Assembly: GCA_900538885.1 (NCBI GenBank)
Contig: UQAI01000002.1
Location: 19,211 to 83,210, forward strand
Direction of reading: 5' to 3'
DNA from: an uncultured Mollicutes bacterium
GTDB taxonomy: Bacteria > Bacillota_I > Bacilli_A > ML615J-28 > CAG-313
DNA length: 64,000 bases
The notes beneath the pieces are model-generated. The model did not search any database and was not told where the DNA came from. It saw nothing but the letters and a program-made list of their open reading frames with translations. Below, piece after piece: positions 50,926 through 62,376 of this stretch; within the stretch, counting starts at the first letter, position 1; each line of letters opens with the position of its first letter. A program made the translations under genes and the position numbers.

Positions 50926-51297
50926 ATGGCAAAAATTAGTAATGAAGAATTTATTGCAGCTATTAAAGAAATGAGCGTTTTAGAATTAAACGATTTAGTA
51001 AAGGCAATTGAAGAAGAATTTGGTGTAACAGCAGCAGCTCCAGTAGCAGTTATGGCTGGCGGTGCAGCAGCAGAAGAAGAACAATCAAACGAAGTTAATT
51101 TAGTATTAGTTAACGCAGGTGCTGGTAAGATTGGTGTTATCAAACTAGTACGTGAAGTTACTGGCTTAGGCTTAAAAGAAGCTAAAGAACTTGTTGATGG
51201 TGCTCCAAAACCTATCAAAGAAAAAATCACACCAGAAGAAGCAGAAGCACTTAAAGCTAAATTTGTTGAAGCTGGCGCTGAAGTTGAAATTAAATAG
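50926..51297 (+). CDS. rplL: 50S ribosomal protein L7/L12.
   Basis: Ala/Glu-rich hinge and C-terminus [28 protein letters not shown]. Confidence 0.95.
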   Translation: MAKISNEEFIAAIKEMSVLELNDLVKAIEEEFGVTAAAPVAVMAGGAAAEEEQSNEVNLVLVNAGAGKIGVIKLVREVTGLGLKEAKELVDGAPKPIKEKITPEEAEALKAKFVEAGAEVEIK

Positions 51298-51310
51298 TTT
51301 AGCTAGCATA

Positions 51311-51341
51311 AAACCTGGGGATCAAAACTCAGGTTTTTACT
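51311..51341 (+). terminator. Terminator after rplL.
   Basis: AAACCTGgggatcaaaactCAGGTTTTT. Confidence 0.6.
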
Positions 51342-51359
51342 TTATAAGGCGGTGATAAT

Positions 51360-51956
51360 ATGAGTAATCAATACTTTGAAAACAATGAAAATTTAAAAAG
51401 TGATATATTTGAAATTAATTATTATTTCAAAAATCACACCATTAAATTTATAAGTGATGCTGGAGTTTTTTCGCGTAAAGGTATTGATTTTGGTAGTAGT
51501 TTACTACTTAAAACAATATGCATAAAAGAAAGCACCGAGACTATCCTTGATGTTGGATGTGGTTATGGAACGCTTGGTATTACACTTGGACTTACTAATC
51601 CAAATACCACAATTGATATGGTTGATGTTAACTTGCGTGCACTTGATTTAACGAGAAAAAATGCTTTAGCAAATTCGGTTAATAATGTTAATATTTACGA
51701 AAGCAATATGTATGAAAATGTTAATAAAAACTTTGATATGATAGTTACTAACCCTCCAATTAGAGCTGGAAAAAAGATTGTTCATGGCATTATTTTAGAT
51801 GCGTACGATCATCTAAATGTTGGTGGAAGTATGTGGTGTGTTATTCAAAAAAAACAAGGAGCAGAATCGGCGATAAAAGCCTTAAAGGAAAAATATAAAG
51901 ATGTAAGAGTTGTTTGTAAAGATAAATTGTATTATATTATCGAAGCAATTAGATAG
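51360..51956 (+). CDS. Class I SAM-dependent methyltransferase (YbxB/RsmC-like small MTase domain).
   Basis: VLDVGCGYGTLG (motif I) and VTNPPIRAGKK (NPPx). Conserved ybxB position between rplL and rpoB. Confidence 0.75.
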   Translation: MSNQYFENNENLKSDIFEINYYFKNHTIKFISDAGVFSRKGIDFGSSLLLKTICIKESTETILDVGCGYGTLGITLGLTNPNTTIDMVDVNLRALDLTRKNALANSVNNVNIYESNMYENVNKNFDMIVTNPPIRAGKKIVHGIILDAYDHLNVGGSMWCVIQKKQGAESAIKALKEKYKDVRVVCKDKLYYIIEAIR

Positions 51957-52085
51957 GAAATAATTATAAAGTAAAATAATGATGAGTGAAAGAGTAAATG
52001 TGATCTTTTTCGCTCATTTTTTTAAAAAACAACTTAAGTAGGCATAATTTGCTTAAGATTTTTTGTTAAAAAAAGTATGTTTTAC

Positions 52086-52115
52086 TTGACAAATTGTTCA
52101 AAACTATAGTATAAT
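52086..52115 (+). promoter_or_regulatory. rpoBC promoter (TTGACA-18-TATAAT). It is nearly identical in sequence to the rplK promoter.
   Basis: TTGACAAATTGTTCAAAACTATAGTATAAT versus the rplK TTGACAAATTGGCAAAATTAAAGTATAAT. Confidence 0.5.
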
Positions 52116-52197
52116 AAGTCGTTATGATATAATGTGGTAGAATGCACAATTTTTTGGACTACCAGTTTCTCAAATAAAAATAAAAGAGGTGGATGAT

Positions 52198-55100
52198 TTG
52201 AGTTACAAAAATGTACAATATGGTAGAAGTAGAATTCGTCGTAATTATGCGAGAGTTCAAACTAATGTTGAATTACCAAACTTAATCGAGGTTCAAACTG
52301 AATCATTTAAATGGCTATTAGAGGATGGAATTGCTGAATTATTTAAAGAAATTTCTCCAATTAAAGATCATGGAGATGGTGAAAAATTTGAATTACATTT
52401 TGGCGCACATGAATTTGATGAACCAAAATACACAATTAAAGAAGCTAAAATGCATAGTGTTAACTATTCACGTGCATTAAGAGTGAATGTTGAATTAGAA
52501 AATAAAGAAACCGGTGAAGTAAAAGAAGATAAGATCTTTATGGGTGAATTCCCTGTTATGACACCTTGGGGTACCTTTATTATTAATGGTTCGGAGCGTG
52601 TTATCGTTACCCAAATTGTTCGTTCAGCTGGTGCTTTCTTCTCAGTTGAAGTAGATAAAAAGTCTGGTCAAAGATTATTCTCTGGTCAAATCATTCCTAC
52701 TCGTGGAGCTTGGATTGAATTTGAAATGGGCTCTAAAGATATTTGGTATGGTAAATTAGACCGTTCTAAAAAAATTCCTCTAACAACGTTTATCCGTGCA
52801 TTAGGCGTTAAGAGTAATCCTGAAATCATTGATTTGTTCGTTGGACAAGATGAACGTCGACCTAAAAAGATAATAACTTATTTTAACAATACTTTCGGTA
52901 AAGATGATAGTTTCGCAGAAGATGATGCTATTCGCCAATTATATGATGTTTTAAGACCTGGTGAAAAAACATCTGCAGATACTGCTAGAAAGTTTATCGC
53001 AAGTAGATTATTTGAGGTTCGTCGTTATGACCTTGCTAATGTTGGACGATACAAGATTAATAAAAAGCTTGATGTTGTCACAAGAGCAATTGGACATCGC
53101 CTTGCTGATGACATTGTAAATCCAGAAACTGGTGAAATCATTTTACCTGCTGGAACTGAAATTAACTATAAGAAAAATATTGATTTAAATGGTGAAAAAG
53201 TTAGTACATTTGATATTCTAGATCAAAACCGTGAAGCTTTCCGTAAGACTTTTGAATACGAGATTATGCTACAAGGTAACAGCGTTGTTCTAGAAGTATT
53301 AAATATCCTAGTACGTACTAATGAAGGTGATGCTTATATTAGATTGCTTGGTAATGATCAAAGAGAAGATCGTAATCATGTTGTATTATCTGATATCTTC
53401 GCAGCTCTATCTTATTACATTAATCTTCATGTTGGTGTAGGTAAGATTGATGATATCGACCATTTAGGAAATCGTCGTTTACGTTTAATTGGTGAATTAT
53501 TACAAAATCAATTCCGTATTGGTTTAACAAAACTAGAAAAGAATGTGCGTGATAGAATGTCAACTTCAGTTGAAACTAAGAGTGTAACTGCTCAAAACTT
53601 AGTTAACATTCGTCCACTTACTTCAACAATTCGTGAATTCTTTGGTAGTAGCCAATTATCACAATTTATGGACCAAATTAACCCATTGTCTGAACTTACT
53701 CATAAAAGACGTTTGTCAGCTTTAGGTCAAGGTGGTTTAACACGTGATCGTGCTGGTTTCGAGGTTCGTGATGTTCACCCTTCACATTATGGCCGTATTT
53801 GTCCGGTTGAAACACCAGAAGGTCAAAACATTGGTCTAATTAACTCATTAGCATCATATGCTAGAGCTAATCGATTTGGATTTATTGAAACTCCATATTT
53901 GGAAGTTGATAAAAAAGTAATTAAGAAACCAGATGGAACTGAAGAAATTAGAGCTGTAATTACTGATCGTAAGATTTATCTAACTGCTGATAAAGAAGAA
54001 AAATATGTAATAGCTCAAGCCAACGTTAACATGGCAACAGATCCAGAAACTGGTGAAATTTATATAGATGATGAAAGAAAAATCGTTGATGGCGTTGAAG
54101 TTGTTAATGACATTGTTATCGCTCGTAAAGCTGGTGAATTCGTTGAAAAACATAAACATGAAGTTGATTTAATTGACGTATCACCTAAACAGGTAGTAGC
54201 AATTTCAACGGCTTGTATCCCATTCCTAGAACACGATGATACGACTCGTGCGCTAATGGGTGCGAACATGCAACGTCAAGCAATTCCGCTACTTAAGCCA
54301 GAAGCTCCATTTGTAGGTACTGGTATTGAATATAAGGCTGCACATGATGCTGGTGTTGCGATTTGTACAGATGTTGATGGTGTTGTTTCTTATGTTGATG
54401 GCTTACGTGTTGAAGTTATTGACAAAGAAGGCAAACCACATAATTTTGAACTCACTAAGTATGAACGTTCTAACCATTCTACATGTGTTAACCAACGTCC
54501 AATTGTTGTAGTTGGTGAAAAAGTAAAAGTTGGTGATATCCTTGCGGATGGACCATCAATGGATCAAGGAGAACTTGCATTAGGTCGAAATGTAGTAATT
54601 GCCTTTATGACTTGGAATGGTTATAACTTTGAAGATGCAGTTATTATGAGTGAACGTTTAGTTCAAGATGATGTTTATACGTCGATTCATATTGAAGAAT
54701 ATCATGTAGAAGTACGTGATACAAAACTAGGTAAAGAAGAAATCACAGCTGACCTTGATGGTGAAAGTAAAGATTCAATCGCAAATCTAGATGAACATGG
54801 TATTGTAAGAATTGGTTCAGAAGTAAAAGAAGGAGATACCCTTGTTGGTAAAGTTACTCCAAAAGGTCAAACTGAACCTACTCCAGAAGAACGTTTAAGT
54901 CAAGCGTTATTCTCAGATAATTCTAAAGAAGTAAGAGTTACTTCACTTAAGGTTCCACATGGTGGCGGTGGTATCGTTAATAAGATTGAACGTTTCACGA
55001 GAAAGAGCGGTGCGGAGTTACCTCCTGGAGTTAATGAAGTAGTACGTGTATACATTGTTCAAAAACGTAAGATTTCTGAAGGCGATAAAATGTCTGGTCG

Positions 55101-55884
55101 TCATGGTAATAAAGGTGTTATCTCAAAGATTTTACCAATTGAAGATATGCCATTTATGTCAGATGGTACACCAATTGACATTATGCTAAACCCACAAGGT
55201 GTTCCATCACGTATGAATATTGGACAAGTACTAGAAATCCACTTAGGTATGGCAGCGAAGAAATTAGGCGTCCATGTTGCAACTCCAGTATTTGATGGTG
55301 TAAGACATGAAGACTTAGTAGCTATTATGAAAGAAGCTCGTGAAAAAGATAAAGCCGACGCGATTGCTGATCCACGTAATGCGAAAACGATATTTGATGA
55401 AAATGGTAAAACATATTTATATGATGGTCGTACAGGACGTCAATTTGATAATAAAATTTCAGTAGGTGTCATGTATATGATTAAACTTGCTCACATGGTT
55501 GATGATAAACTACATGCTCGTAGTGAAGGTCCTTACACTTTGGTTACACAACAACCTATGGGTGGTAAAGCCCAAAATGGTGGACAACGTTTTGGTGAAA
55601 TGGAAGTTTGGGCTCTAGAAGCATATGGTGCTGCTCATACTTTACAAGAAATGATGACAATTAAGTCTGACGATATTATTGGTCGTAACAAAGTTTATAA
55701 AGCTATCATTGATGGCGAAGCATTACCTACTCCAGGTATTCCTGAAGCCTTCCGTGCTTTAATCAAGGAATTACAAGGCTTAGGCTTAAGAGTTCGTTTA
55801 ATTGATGAAGATGGTAAAGATGTTGCGAATGAAAGTTTAGTTGATCAATTTGCTGAAGTACAAGCAAGCAAAAGAGGACTATAA
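52198..55884 (+). CDS. rpoB: DNA-directed RNA polymerase beta subunit.
   Basis: Collinear with bacterial RpoB throughout. The likely TTG start at 52198 lies 8 nt after AAGAGGTGG. The track's ATG 52189 is too close to the RBS. Confidence 0.95.
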   Translation: MSYKNVQYGRSRIRRNYARVQTNVELPNLIEVQTESFKWLLEDGIAELFKEISPIKDHGDGEKFELHFGAHEFDEPKYTIKEAKMHSVNYSRALRVNVELENKETGEVKEDKIFMGEFPVMTPWGTFIINGSERVIVTQIVRSAGAFFSVEVDKKSGQRLFSGQIIPTRGAWIEFEMGSKDIWYGKLDRSKKIPLTTFIRALGVKSNPEIIDLFVGQDERRPKKIITYFNNTFGKDDSFAEDDAIRQLYDVLRPGEKTSADTARKFIASRLFEVRRYDLANVGRYKINKKLDVVTRAIGHRLADDIVNPETGEIILPAGTEINYKKNIDLNGEKVSTFDILDQNREAFRKTFEYEIMLQGNSVVLEVLNILVRTNEGDAYIRLLGNDQREDRNHVVLSDIFAALSYYINLHVGVGKIDDIDHLGNRRLRLIGELLQNQFRIGLTKLEKNVRDRMSTSVETKSVTAQNLVNIRPLTSTIREFFGSSQLSQFMDQINPLSELTHKRRLSALGQGGLTRDRAGFEVRDVHPSHYGRICPVETPEGQNIGLINSLASYARANRFGFIETPYLEVDKKVIKKPDGTEEIRAVITDRKIYLTADKEEKYVIAQANVNMATDPETGEIYIDDERKIVDGVEVVNDIVIARKAGEFVEKHKHEVDLIDVSPKQVVAISTACIPFLEHDDTTRALMGANMQRQAIPLLKPEAPFVGTGIEYKAAHDAGVAICTDVDGVVSYVDGLRVEVIDKEGKPHNFELTKYERSNHSTCVNQRPIVVVGEKVKVGDILADGPSMDQGELALGRNVVIAFMTWNGYNFEDAVIMSERLVQDDVYTSIHIEEYHVEVRDTKLGKEEITADLDGESKDSIANLDEHGIVRIGSEVKEGDTLVGKVTPKGQTEPTPEERLSQALFSDNSKEVRVTSLKVPHGGGGIVNKIERFTRKSGAELPPGVNEVVRVYIVQKRKISEGDKMSGRHGNKGVISKILPIEDMPFMSDGTPIDIMLNPQGVPSRMNIGQVLEIHLGMAAKKLGVHVATPVFDGVRHEDLVAIMKEAREKDKADAIADPRNAKTIFDENGKTYLYDGRTGRQFDNKISVGVMYMIKLAHMVDDKLHARSEGPYTLVTQQPMGGKAQNGGQRFGEMEVWALEAYGAAHTLQEMMTIKSDDIIGRNKVYKAIIDGEALPTPGIPEAFRALIKELQGLGLRVRLIDEDGKDVANESLVDQFAEVQASKRGL

Positions 55885-55900
55885 AAAGAGGTGAATTAAT

Positions 55901-58900
55901 TTGAGTAAATACAAAGAAATACAAATTGGTATTGCATCACCTGAAGATATTGTATCATGGGCAAATCCTGTGTTACAAGGTAAAAAATTTACATACAATC
56001 CTTTAAGAAAAGATAAAGTTACATATATAGATGATAATGGTGAAGAAGTTGAATATACTTTAAAAGGCGAAGTAAAGAAACATGAAACTATTAATTATCG
56101 TACTTTAAAACCTGAAAGAGATGGTTTATTCTGTGAAGTTATTTTCGGCCCTACTAAGGATTATCAATGTGCTTGTGGACGTTCTAAAAAGAATTTAGGC
56201 GAACATAAGGTATGTGAAAAGTGCGGTGTTGAATTAACCGAAAGTAAAGTAAGACGTGAAAGAATGGGCTACATTGCTCTTGCTGCACCAGTTGTTCATA
56301 CATGGTATTTAAGAAATACTCCAAGTAAAATAGCAATCTTACTTGATATGAAAACAAAAGATGTGGAAGACATAGTTTATCTTGCATCATACATTATTAC
56401 AGAAGTAATGGATGATGAATATGAAGAATTATTTGTTGGACGTATCTTAAGTGAACAAGAACACAGCGTATTCAAACGCCGTTATCCATTTAAATATAAA
56501 GCTAAAACGGGGGCTGAAGCTATCAAGTATTTATTAAAACAACTTGATTTAGGCGAAATTATTACCGAAATTCGTCAAGAATTACATAATGCTCCAAAAC
56601 AAAGAAAAGAAAAATTAATTAAGAGACTAGAAATAGTTGAAGCATTCTATAAATCAGATAATAAACCTGAATGGATGGTAATGGATGTTGTTCCAGTAAT
56701 TCCACCCGATTTACGTCCAATGGTTCAACTAGATGGTGGCCGTTTTGCTACTACAGACTTAAATGATTTATATCGTCGTATTATTAATCGTAATAATCGT
56801 TTAAGAAAACAATTTGAACAAAATGCCCCAGACTTAATTACTAAGAATGAAAAACGTATGTTACAAGAAGCAGTAGATGCTTTAATTGATAACTCAAAGC
56901 GTAATAAACGTATGGTTGTTGACAAAAATAGACCACTTAAATCACTATCTGATATTTTAAGAGGTAAACAAGGTCGTTTCCGTCAAAACCTACTAGGTAA
57001 ACGTGTTGACTATTCAGGTCGTTCAGTTATTGTTATTGGACCAGATCTAAAGATGTACCAATGTGGTATTCCAAGAGAAATGGCTTTAATCTTATTTAAA
57101 CCATTTATCATTAGTTATTTGAGAAAGAAAGACCAATTAGCTAATGCTGAAATAGTTCCTGGAGTAATGCAACCAATAAGCAATAAAGACCGTGCAGGTA
57201 TTCAAAAGGCTAAAAAGTTAATTGAACAAGGTGCGCCAGAAGCAATGGAAGCGCTAGAAAAGATAATTGTTGAACACCCAGTTTTATTAAACCGTGCTCC
57301 AACTCTACATAGACTATCTATTCAAGCATTCGAACCTAAACTAGTTGAAGGCAAAGCAATTAGACTACATCCACTAGTAACAACTGCCTTTAATGCGGAC
57401 TTCGATGGTGACCAAATGCCAGTGCATGTACCACTATCTGAAGAAGCTCAAGCTGAAGCTCGTTTATTAATGCTTGCATCTAAAAATATTTTAGCTCCTA
57501 AAGATGGTAAGCCAATTGTTACACCATCACAAGATATGATTCTTGGTAACTACTATTTAACAATTGAAAGCCATCAAAATGAACATGAATACAAAACATA
57601 TGAAGAAGTAATAGAAGCGTATAAAAAACAAATTATTACTTTTGGAACAAACATTATTCTAAATGATGATAAAATTTATCGTAATATAAAAGAATTACAA
57701 GATGATGTTGAAAGCGGCAATGCTCCAAGCGTTGGTAAATTCTATATTCCTGCACGTGAAGGCAAAGCTTATCGTAATGCATCAGAAGTAGAAATAGCTT
57801 ATGAACGTGGCGATATTGACTTTCATACAAGATTTGTAATTCCTGCTAGTGCAGTTGGTCGTCCATTTGTACATATTAGCAATAAGATTGATCCAGAAAG
57901 TGATGAATATAAAGCATTAGTTAAGAAAAATGAAGAGTTAACAAATAAATATTTGGTAACTACATACGGTAAACTAATCGTTAACCAAATCTTCCCTGAT
58001 GGCTTCTCATATGTAAATGAACCAACAGTTAAAAACCTTGCGGTTGGAACTCCTGAAAAATATTTCTTGGATCATGGTACTAACTATAAAGAATTCATTA
58101 AGAATGCTCCATTAGTAGAACCATTTAAGAAAAAATTCTTAAGCCAAATCATAAGTGAAGTATTTAAACAAGCAAAACTTGCTGAAACATCTAAGACTCT
58201 TGATAAGATGAAAGATATTGGTTTCTATTACTCAACTATGGCTGGTATTACTGTTTCTGCTTTCGATGTTGTTAGAATTGATAAGAAAGAAGAAATCATT
58301 GAAGAAACTGAAAAGAAAGTTCAAAAATATAAACAAATGTATCGTCGTGGTACAATGAAAGATTCAGAACGTCACCGTAATATTGTACGTGAATGGTTAG
58401 GTGCAACTTCCAAAATTGAAAAAGCCATTAAAGTTATCATGGATGAAAATGCTAAGACAAATCATATTTTCATGATGGCCGACTCTGGTGCTCGTGGTAG
58501 CTCATCTAACTTCACACAACTTGCTGGTATGCGTGGACTAATGGCTAAGCCTAATGGTGACCAAATGGAAATTCCAGTTAAGGCTTGCTTTATTGAAGGT
58601 ATGTCAATGTCAGAGTTCTTCATTTCTACACATGGTGCGAGAAAAGGTTCAACTGACACAGCCTTAAAGACAGCTGAATCAGGTTATTTAACTCGTCGTC
58701 TTGTAGACGTTTCTCAAGATGTAACAGTTAAAGAAGTTGATTGTGGAACTGATAAAGGTATGGTTGTGACTACTCTATATAAGAATGATTCTGTTCAAGA
58801 TAAAGATAACGTAGATAATGTCTTAGTATCATTGAAAGACCGTATCGTTGGTCGTTTCGCTGCAAAACCTGTATATGGTAGAAATAGTGAAGGAAGAAAG

Positions 58901-59959
58901 GCATTACTTGTTGACAAAGGTGAATTTATTACGGAAGAAATCGCTGACCGTATTGTAGCAAGCAAGATTGAAGCTGTTGAAGTAAGAACTCTACTTACAT
59001 GTGACTGTGAAAATGGCGTTTGTGTAAAATGCTATGGATCTGACCTATCAACCACAAACATTGTTGAAAACGGCGAAGTTGTTGGTATCGTTGCGGCTCA
59101 ATCAATTGGTGAACCGGGTACTCAGTTAACAATGCGTACTTTCCACTCAGGTGGTGTTGCTGGTGCTGCTGATGATATCACTCAAGGTCTTCCACGTATT
59201 CAAGAATTGTTTGAAGCACGTGAACCAAAAGGTAAAGGCATTATTTCTGAAATTAAAGGTACAGTTGAAAGTATTACTCAAAAGAATGATAACCGTTTTG
59301 AAATTGTTATCAAGAGCCCAATTGAAGGTAATGACAAGACTTATTTAACTGACAGTGGTAAAAAACCAGTTGTTAAAGTTGGTCAAGAAGTTCATCCTGG
59401 TGACCTTGTTTCAGAAGGTTTAATTCATCCAAAAGAATTATTACGTGTTGGTAGTGTTGATCAAGTTGAAAAATATATTTTGAAAGAAGTTCAAAAAGTA
59501 TATCGTTCACAAGGTGTTGATATTTCTGATAAACACGTTGAAATAATCATTAAGCAAATGTTACAAAAAGTTGTAGTAATTGATGAGGGAGGCACAGAAT
59601 TATTACCTGGTACATTTATTTCTAAACCTGAATTATTGAAGGTAATTAGAGATTGTCTTGAAAAAGGCATTCGTGTACCATCTGTAAAACCTGTAATTTT
59701 AGGTATTACACGTGCATCACTTAAAGCTGATTCATTCTTGTCAGCCGCATCATTCCAAGAAACAACAAGAGTATTAACTGAAGCCGCAATCCGTGGTAAA
59801 ATTGATAAACTTGAAGGATTAAAAGAAAATATCATTATCGGTGGTTTAATCCCTGCTGGTACTGGTTTAGTTGAAGAAAAAGATATTCATCTAATTCCAA
59901 CTGATCCAGAAGATGAATTTGAAGTTCCTGCAAGTTCTGATCATATTGTTATTAAGTAA
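55901..59959 (+). CDS. rpoC: DNA-directed RNA polymerase beta' subunit.
   Basis: Zinc finger CACGRSKK...[14 protein letters not shown] catalytic motif, and Firmicute-type lineage insertions. TTG start after AGAGGTG. Confidence 0.95.
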   Translation: MSKYKEIQIGIASPEDIVSWANPVLQGKKFTYNPLRKDKVTYIDDNGEEVEYTLKGEVKKHETINYRTLKPERDGLFCEVIFGPTKDYQCACGRSKKNLGEHKVCEKCGVELTESKVRRERMGYIALAAPVVHTWYLRNTPSKIAILLDMKTKDVEDIVYLASYIITEVMDDEYEELFVGRILSEQEHSVFKRRYPFKYKAKTGAEAIKYLLKQLDLGEIITEIRQELHNAPKQRKEKLIKRLEIVEAFYKSDNKPEWMVMDVVPVIPPDLRPMVQLDGGRFATTDLNDLYRRIINRNNRLRKQFEQNAPDLITKNEKRMLQEAVDALIDNSKRNKRMVVDKNRPLKSLSDILRGKQGRFRQNLLGKRVDYSGRSVIVIGPDLKMYQCGIPREMALILFKPFIISYLRKKDQLANAEIVPGVMQPISNKDRAGIQKAKKLIEQGAPEAMEALEKIIVEHPVLLNRAPTLHRLSIQAFEPKLVEGKAIRLHPLVTTAFNADFDGDQMPVHVPLSEEAQAEARLLMLASKNILAPKDGKPIVTPSQDMILGNYYLTIESHQNEHEYKTYEEVIEAYKKQIITFGTNIILNDDKIYRNIKELQDDVESGNAPSVGKFYIPAREGKAYRNASEVEIAYERGDIDFHTRFVIPASAVGRPFVHISNKIDPESDEYKALVKKNEELTNKYLVTTYGKLIVNQIFPDGFSYVNEPTVKNLAVGTPEKYFLDHGTNYKEFIKNAPLVEPFKKKFLSQIISEVFKQAKLAETSKTLDKMKDIGFYYSTMAGITVSAFDVVRIDKKEEIIEETEKKVQKYKQMYRRGTMKDSERHRNIVREWLGATSKIEKAIKVIMDENAKTNHIFMMADSGARGSSSNFTQLAGMRGLMAKPNGDQMEIPVKACFIEGMSMSEFFISTHGARKGSTDTALKTAESGYLTRRLVDVSQDVTVKEVDCGTDKGMVVTTLYKNDSVQDKDNVDNVLVSLKDRIVGRFAAKPVYGRNSEGRKALLVDKGEFITEEIADRIVASKIEAVEVRTLLTCDCENGVCVKCYGSDLSTTNIVENGEVVGIVAAQSIGEPGTQLTMRTFHSGGVAGAADDITQGLPRIQELFEAREPKGKGIISEIKGTVESITQKNDNRFEIVIKSPIEGNDKTYLTDSGKKPVVKVGQEVHPGDLVSEGLIHPKELLRVGSVDQVEKYILKEVQKVYRSQGVDISDKHVEIIIKQMLQKVVVIDEGGTELLPGTFISKPELLKVIRDCLEKGIRVPSVKPVILGITRASLKADSFLSAASFQETTRVLTEAAIRGKIDKLEGLKENIIIGGLIPAGTGLVEEKDIHLIPTDPEDEFEVPASSDHIVIK

Positions 59960-59969
59960 CTAGGCTTTA

Positions 59970-59999
59970 AAGACCATATTTGATATATGGTCTTTTTTT
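59970..59999 (+). terminator. Terminator after rpoC.
   Basis: AAAGACCATATttgaTATATGGTCTTTTTTT. Confidence 0.7.
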
Positions 60000-60052
60000 A
60001 TGCGCTTTTTTAAAAAATGTGTTATAATTTATGATAAAAGGAGGAGTGCCGA

Positions 60053-62365
60053 ATGATTTCACGTGTAGTTGTTAATAACCCAAGTAGTAATGTTGATATT
60101 AAATATGATTATGAAGTTCCAGCTAGCTTAGTTGATATCATAAAAATTGGAACTAGAGTTAAAGTTCCTTTTGGAAACGGCAACCGAGCACTTATGGGTT
60201 ATGTTGTTGAATTAAGTGATGAAACAACATATGATAAGAGATTAAAACAAATTATTGATGTTGTAGATTTAGAACCAATAATTACCAAAACACAATTAGA
60301 TCTTGCTGAATATATTAAAAAAGATACAGTTTGTCCTTTAATTCGTGCTATTAATTTAATGGTGCCAGACATTTTATTACTTAAACCGACAAAATACATC
60401 AAGGTAAATGATTATCAAAACCTAGATGCAAATCTTGCTGAAGCATTTAAAGGAAAAAACATAATAACATATACGAGTGTCCTTGCACCATATACTAGTA
60501 AAATAAAAAAAGCAATTGATAATCACCTTTTAGAAATATCATATGATGCGGTTGGCTTAAATGCTGTTAAACAAGTTACAAAATATGTACTAGATATGAA
60601 TAAATACTATATGTATATTGATAACTTTAGATCAGACATCCAACCTCTCATTCGGATGTTAGAAGGCTTAGAACCACTAACAAAAATCGAAATTAGTGAT
60701 CGCATTGATTTATCAATATATACAATTCAAAAAATGATTAAACTTGAATTACTTGTTCCAGTAAAACAAAGAGTGTCAAGAATTAAAATAAAAGAAATAC
60801 CAGTGACAGACCGCTTTATTAAAGCAAATTCATTGTATGATAATACAGTAACAAAATTAACTAGTGATCATACAAAGCCTTCATTATGGTGCCCTTCTTC
60901 TATAATCGAGACGGAAATGGTAATTGAACGAATAATTAGAAATAATGTTGAAAAAAATCAAAATACTTTAATTATTTGCCCTGATATATTAAGTAGTTAC
61001 CGAATGGCTAGTGTTGTCAGAAAAAAAACAAATCTTTCAGTTGCAATTCTTAACTCAAATCTTAGTAAGGGTGAATACTATGATACTGCCACGGAAATAA
61101 AAAATAATAATTATCGAGTTGTTGTTACAACGACAAAAGGAGCTTTTGTTGACTATCCCAATCTTAAGACGGTAATTTTATTAGATTCTGAAAATGATAA
61201 TTATTATAATGATCAAAGTCCTCGGTATAATCTAAAGAAGATAATGATGAAATATCAAGAATTAATTAATTGCGAATTAATTTTCCACTCATATTCCCCA
61301 CTTCTTGAAGATTATATTTTAGGAGTAAAAGGTTACTTAAATATTGTTGATAATAAAATAGAAAATACTATTAATAGTGAAGTAGTTAATTTAAAGTTAG
61401 AGTTATTAAAAGGCAATAATTCGATGATTTCTTTACGACTCTTAAAAGAAATGAAACTTACAAAAGCAAAAAACAAACAAACTTTAATTATTACCAATCG
61501 CAAATATTTCAGTAATTTTGTTATGTGCCGAAGTTGTGGAGAAATACTTAAATGTCCACGTTGCGATTTACCACTTCGCTATAGTAAAAATTCTAATCAA
61601 CTTATGTGCCCAACTTGCTCATATCGTACCTCAAAGCCTGATAAATGCCCAACATGTAGTGGAGAAACATTTAGAATGGAAGGGTCAGGTATGGAACAGT
61701 TAGTAAGTGATATTAATGAATTACTACCTAATTTTAAAACTATAACAATTGATAACCCAAATTACGATGAATTTATTGATAAAATGGGCGAAGTAGAAGA
61801 TAATAAGGTAGATGTAATTATCGCAACCGATGTATATTCTAGAAGTATTGTCGATAAAAACATTGGATTAGTTGTAATAATTAATCTAGATGAAGTGGCA
61901 GGTACAGCATCGTATCTTGCGAGTGAAAGAGCATATACAATGCTTATTCATGCTTCACAAAAAGTATTAAATAGTGATACAAAACTATTAATACAAACTT
62001 ATAATCCTGACAATTTTGTAATAACTTCATTTATTACCGGCAAATATCAAGATTATTTAAAAAAAGAAATTAATAATCGAAAGGAATTAAGGAATCCTCC
62101 TTTCTATTATGTAAATAGAATTTTAGTTAAAGCTAAATATGAAGAAATGTTTAAAGAGGCAAACATAATTAAAAAACTTCTTCAAGAAATGCTAGGGTAT
62201 AAAGTTTATATTATTGGCCCTACTTATAATCATCTTCATCAAGCAGCCCAATTAATAATTAAACATCAATTAAATAATATAGAAGATGTCTATAATAAAA
62301 TTTACGATAAATATCAAAATTCAACAATAGTGGTGATAATTGATAGATATCCAAGATACATGTAG
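60053..62365 (+). CDS. priA: Primosomal protein N' (PriA) homologue with degenerate ATPase motifs.
   Basis: N-terminal 3'-DNA-binding domain (VVVNNPSSNVDIKYDYEVP...GTRVKVPFGNGNRALMGYVVEL). Cys-rich zinc region CRSCGEILKCPRCDLPL...CPTCSY...CPTCSG. The helicase core aligns to E. coli PriA, but Walker A is absent and DEEHD is replaced by DSEND. Conserved priA-fmt synteny. Confidence 0.75.
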   Translation: MISRVVVNNPSSNVDIKYDYEVPASLVDIIKIGTRVKVPFGNGNRALMGYVVELSDETTYDKRLKQIIDVVDLEPIITKTQLDLAEYIKKDTVCPLIRAINLMVPDILLLKPTKYIKVNDYQNLDANLAEAFKGKNIITYTSVLAPYTSKIKKAIDNHLLEISYDAVGLNAVKQVTKYVLDMNKYYMYIDNFRSDIQPLIRMLEGLEPLTKIEISDRIDLSIYTIQKMIKLELLVPVKQRVSRIKIKEIPVTDRFIKANSLYDNTVTKLTSDHTKPSLWCPSSIIETEMVIERIIRNNVEKNQNTLIICPDILSSYRMASVVRKKTNLSVAILNSNLSKGEYYDTATEIKNNNYRVVVTTTKGAFVDYPNLKTVILLDSENDNYYNDQSPRYNLKKIMMKYQELINCELIFHSYSPLLEDYILGVKGYLNIVDNKIENTINSEVVNLKLELLKGNNSMISLRLLKEMKLTKAKNKQTLIITNRKYFSNFVMCRSCGEILKCPRCDLPLRYSKNSNQLMCPTCSYRTSKPDKCPTCSGETFRMEGSGMEQLVSDINELLPNFKTITIDNPNYDEFIDKMGEVEDNKVDVIIATDVYSRSIVDKNIGLVVIINLDEVAGTASYLASERAYTMLIHASQKVLNSDTKLLIQTYNPDNFVITSFITGKYQDYLKKEINNRKELRNPPFYYVNRILVKAKYEEMFKEANIIKKLLQEMLGYKVYIIGPTYNHLHQAAQLIIKHQLNNIEDVYNKIYDKYQNSTIVVIIDRYPRYM

Positions 62366-62376
62366 GAGGTAAAGAA

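Noticed and set aside
50904-59835. Multiple antisense ORFs inside rplL, rpoB and rpoC (for example 50904-51230, 54060-54269 and 59491-59835 on the minus strand).
   Set aside because: They are embedded antisense in universally conserved genes, with no RBS and low-complexity translations. Chance ORFs.
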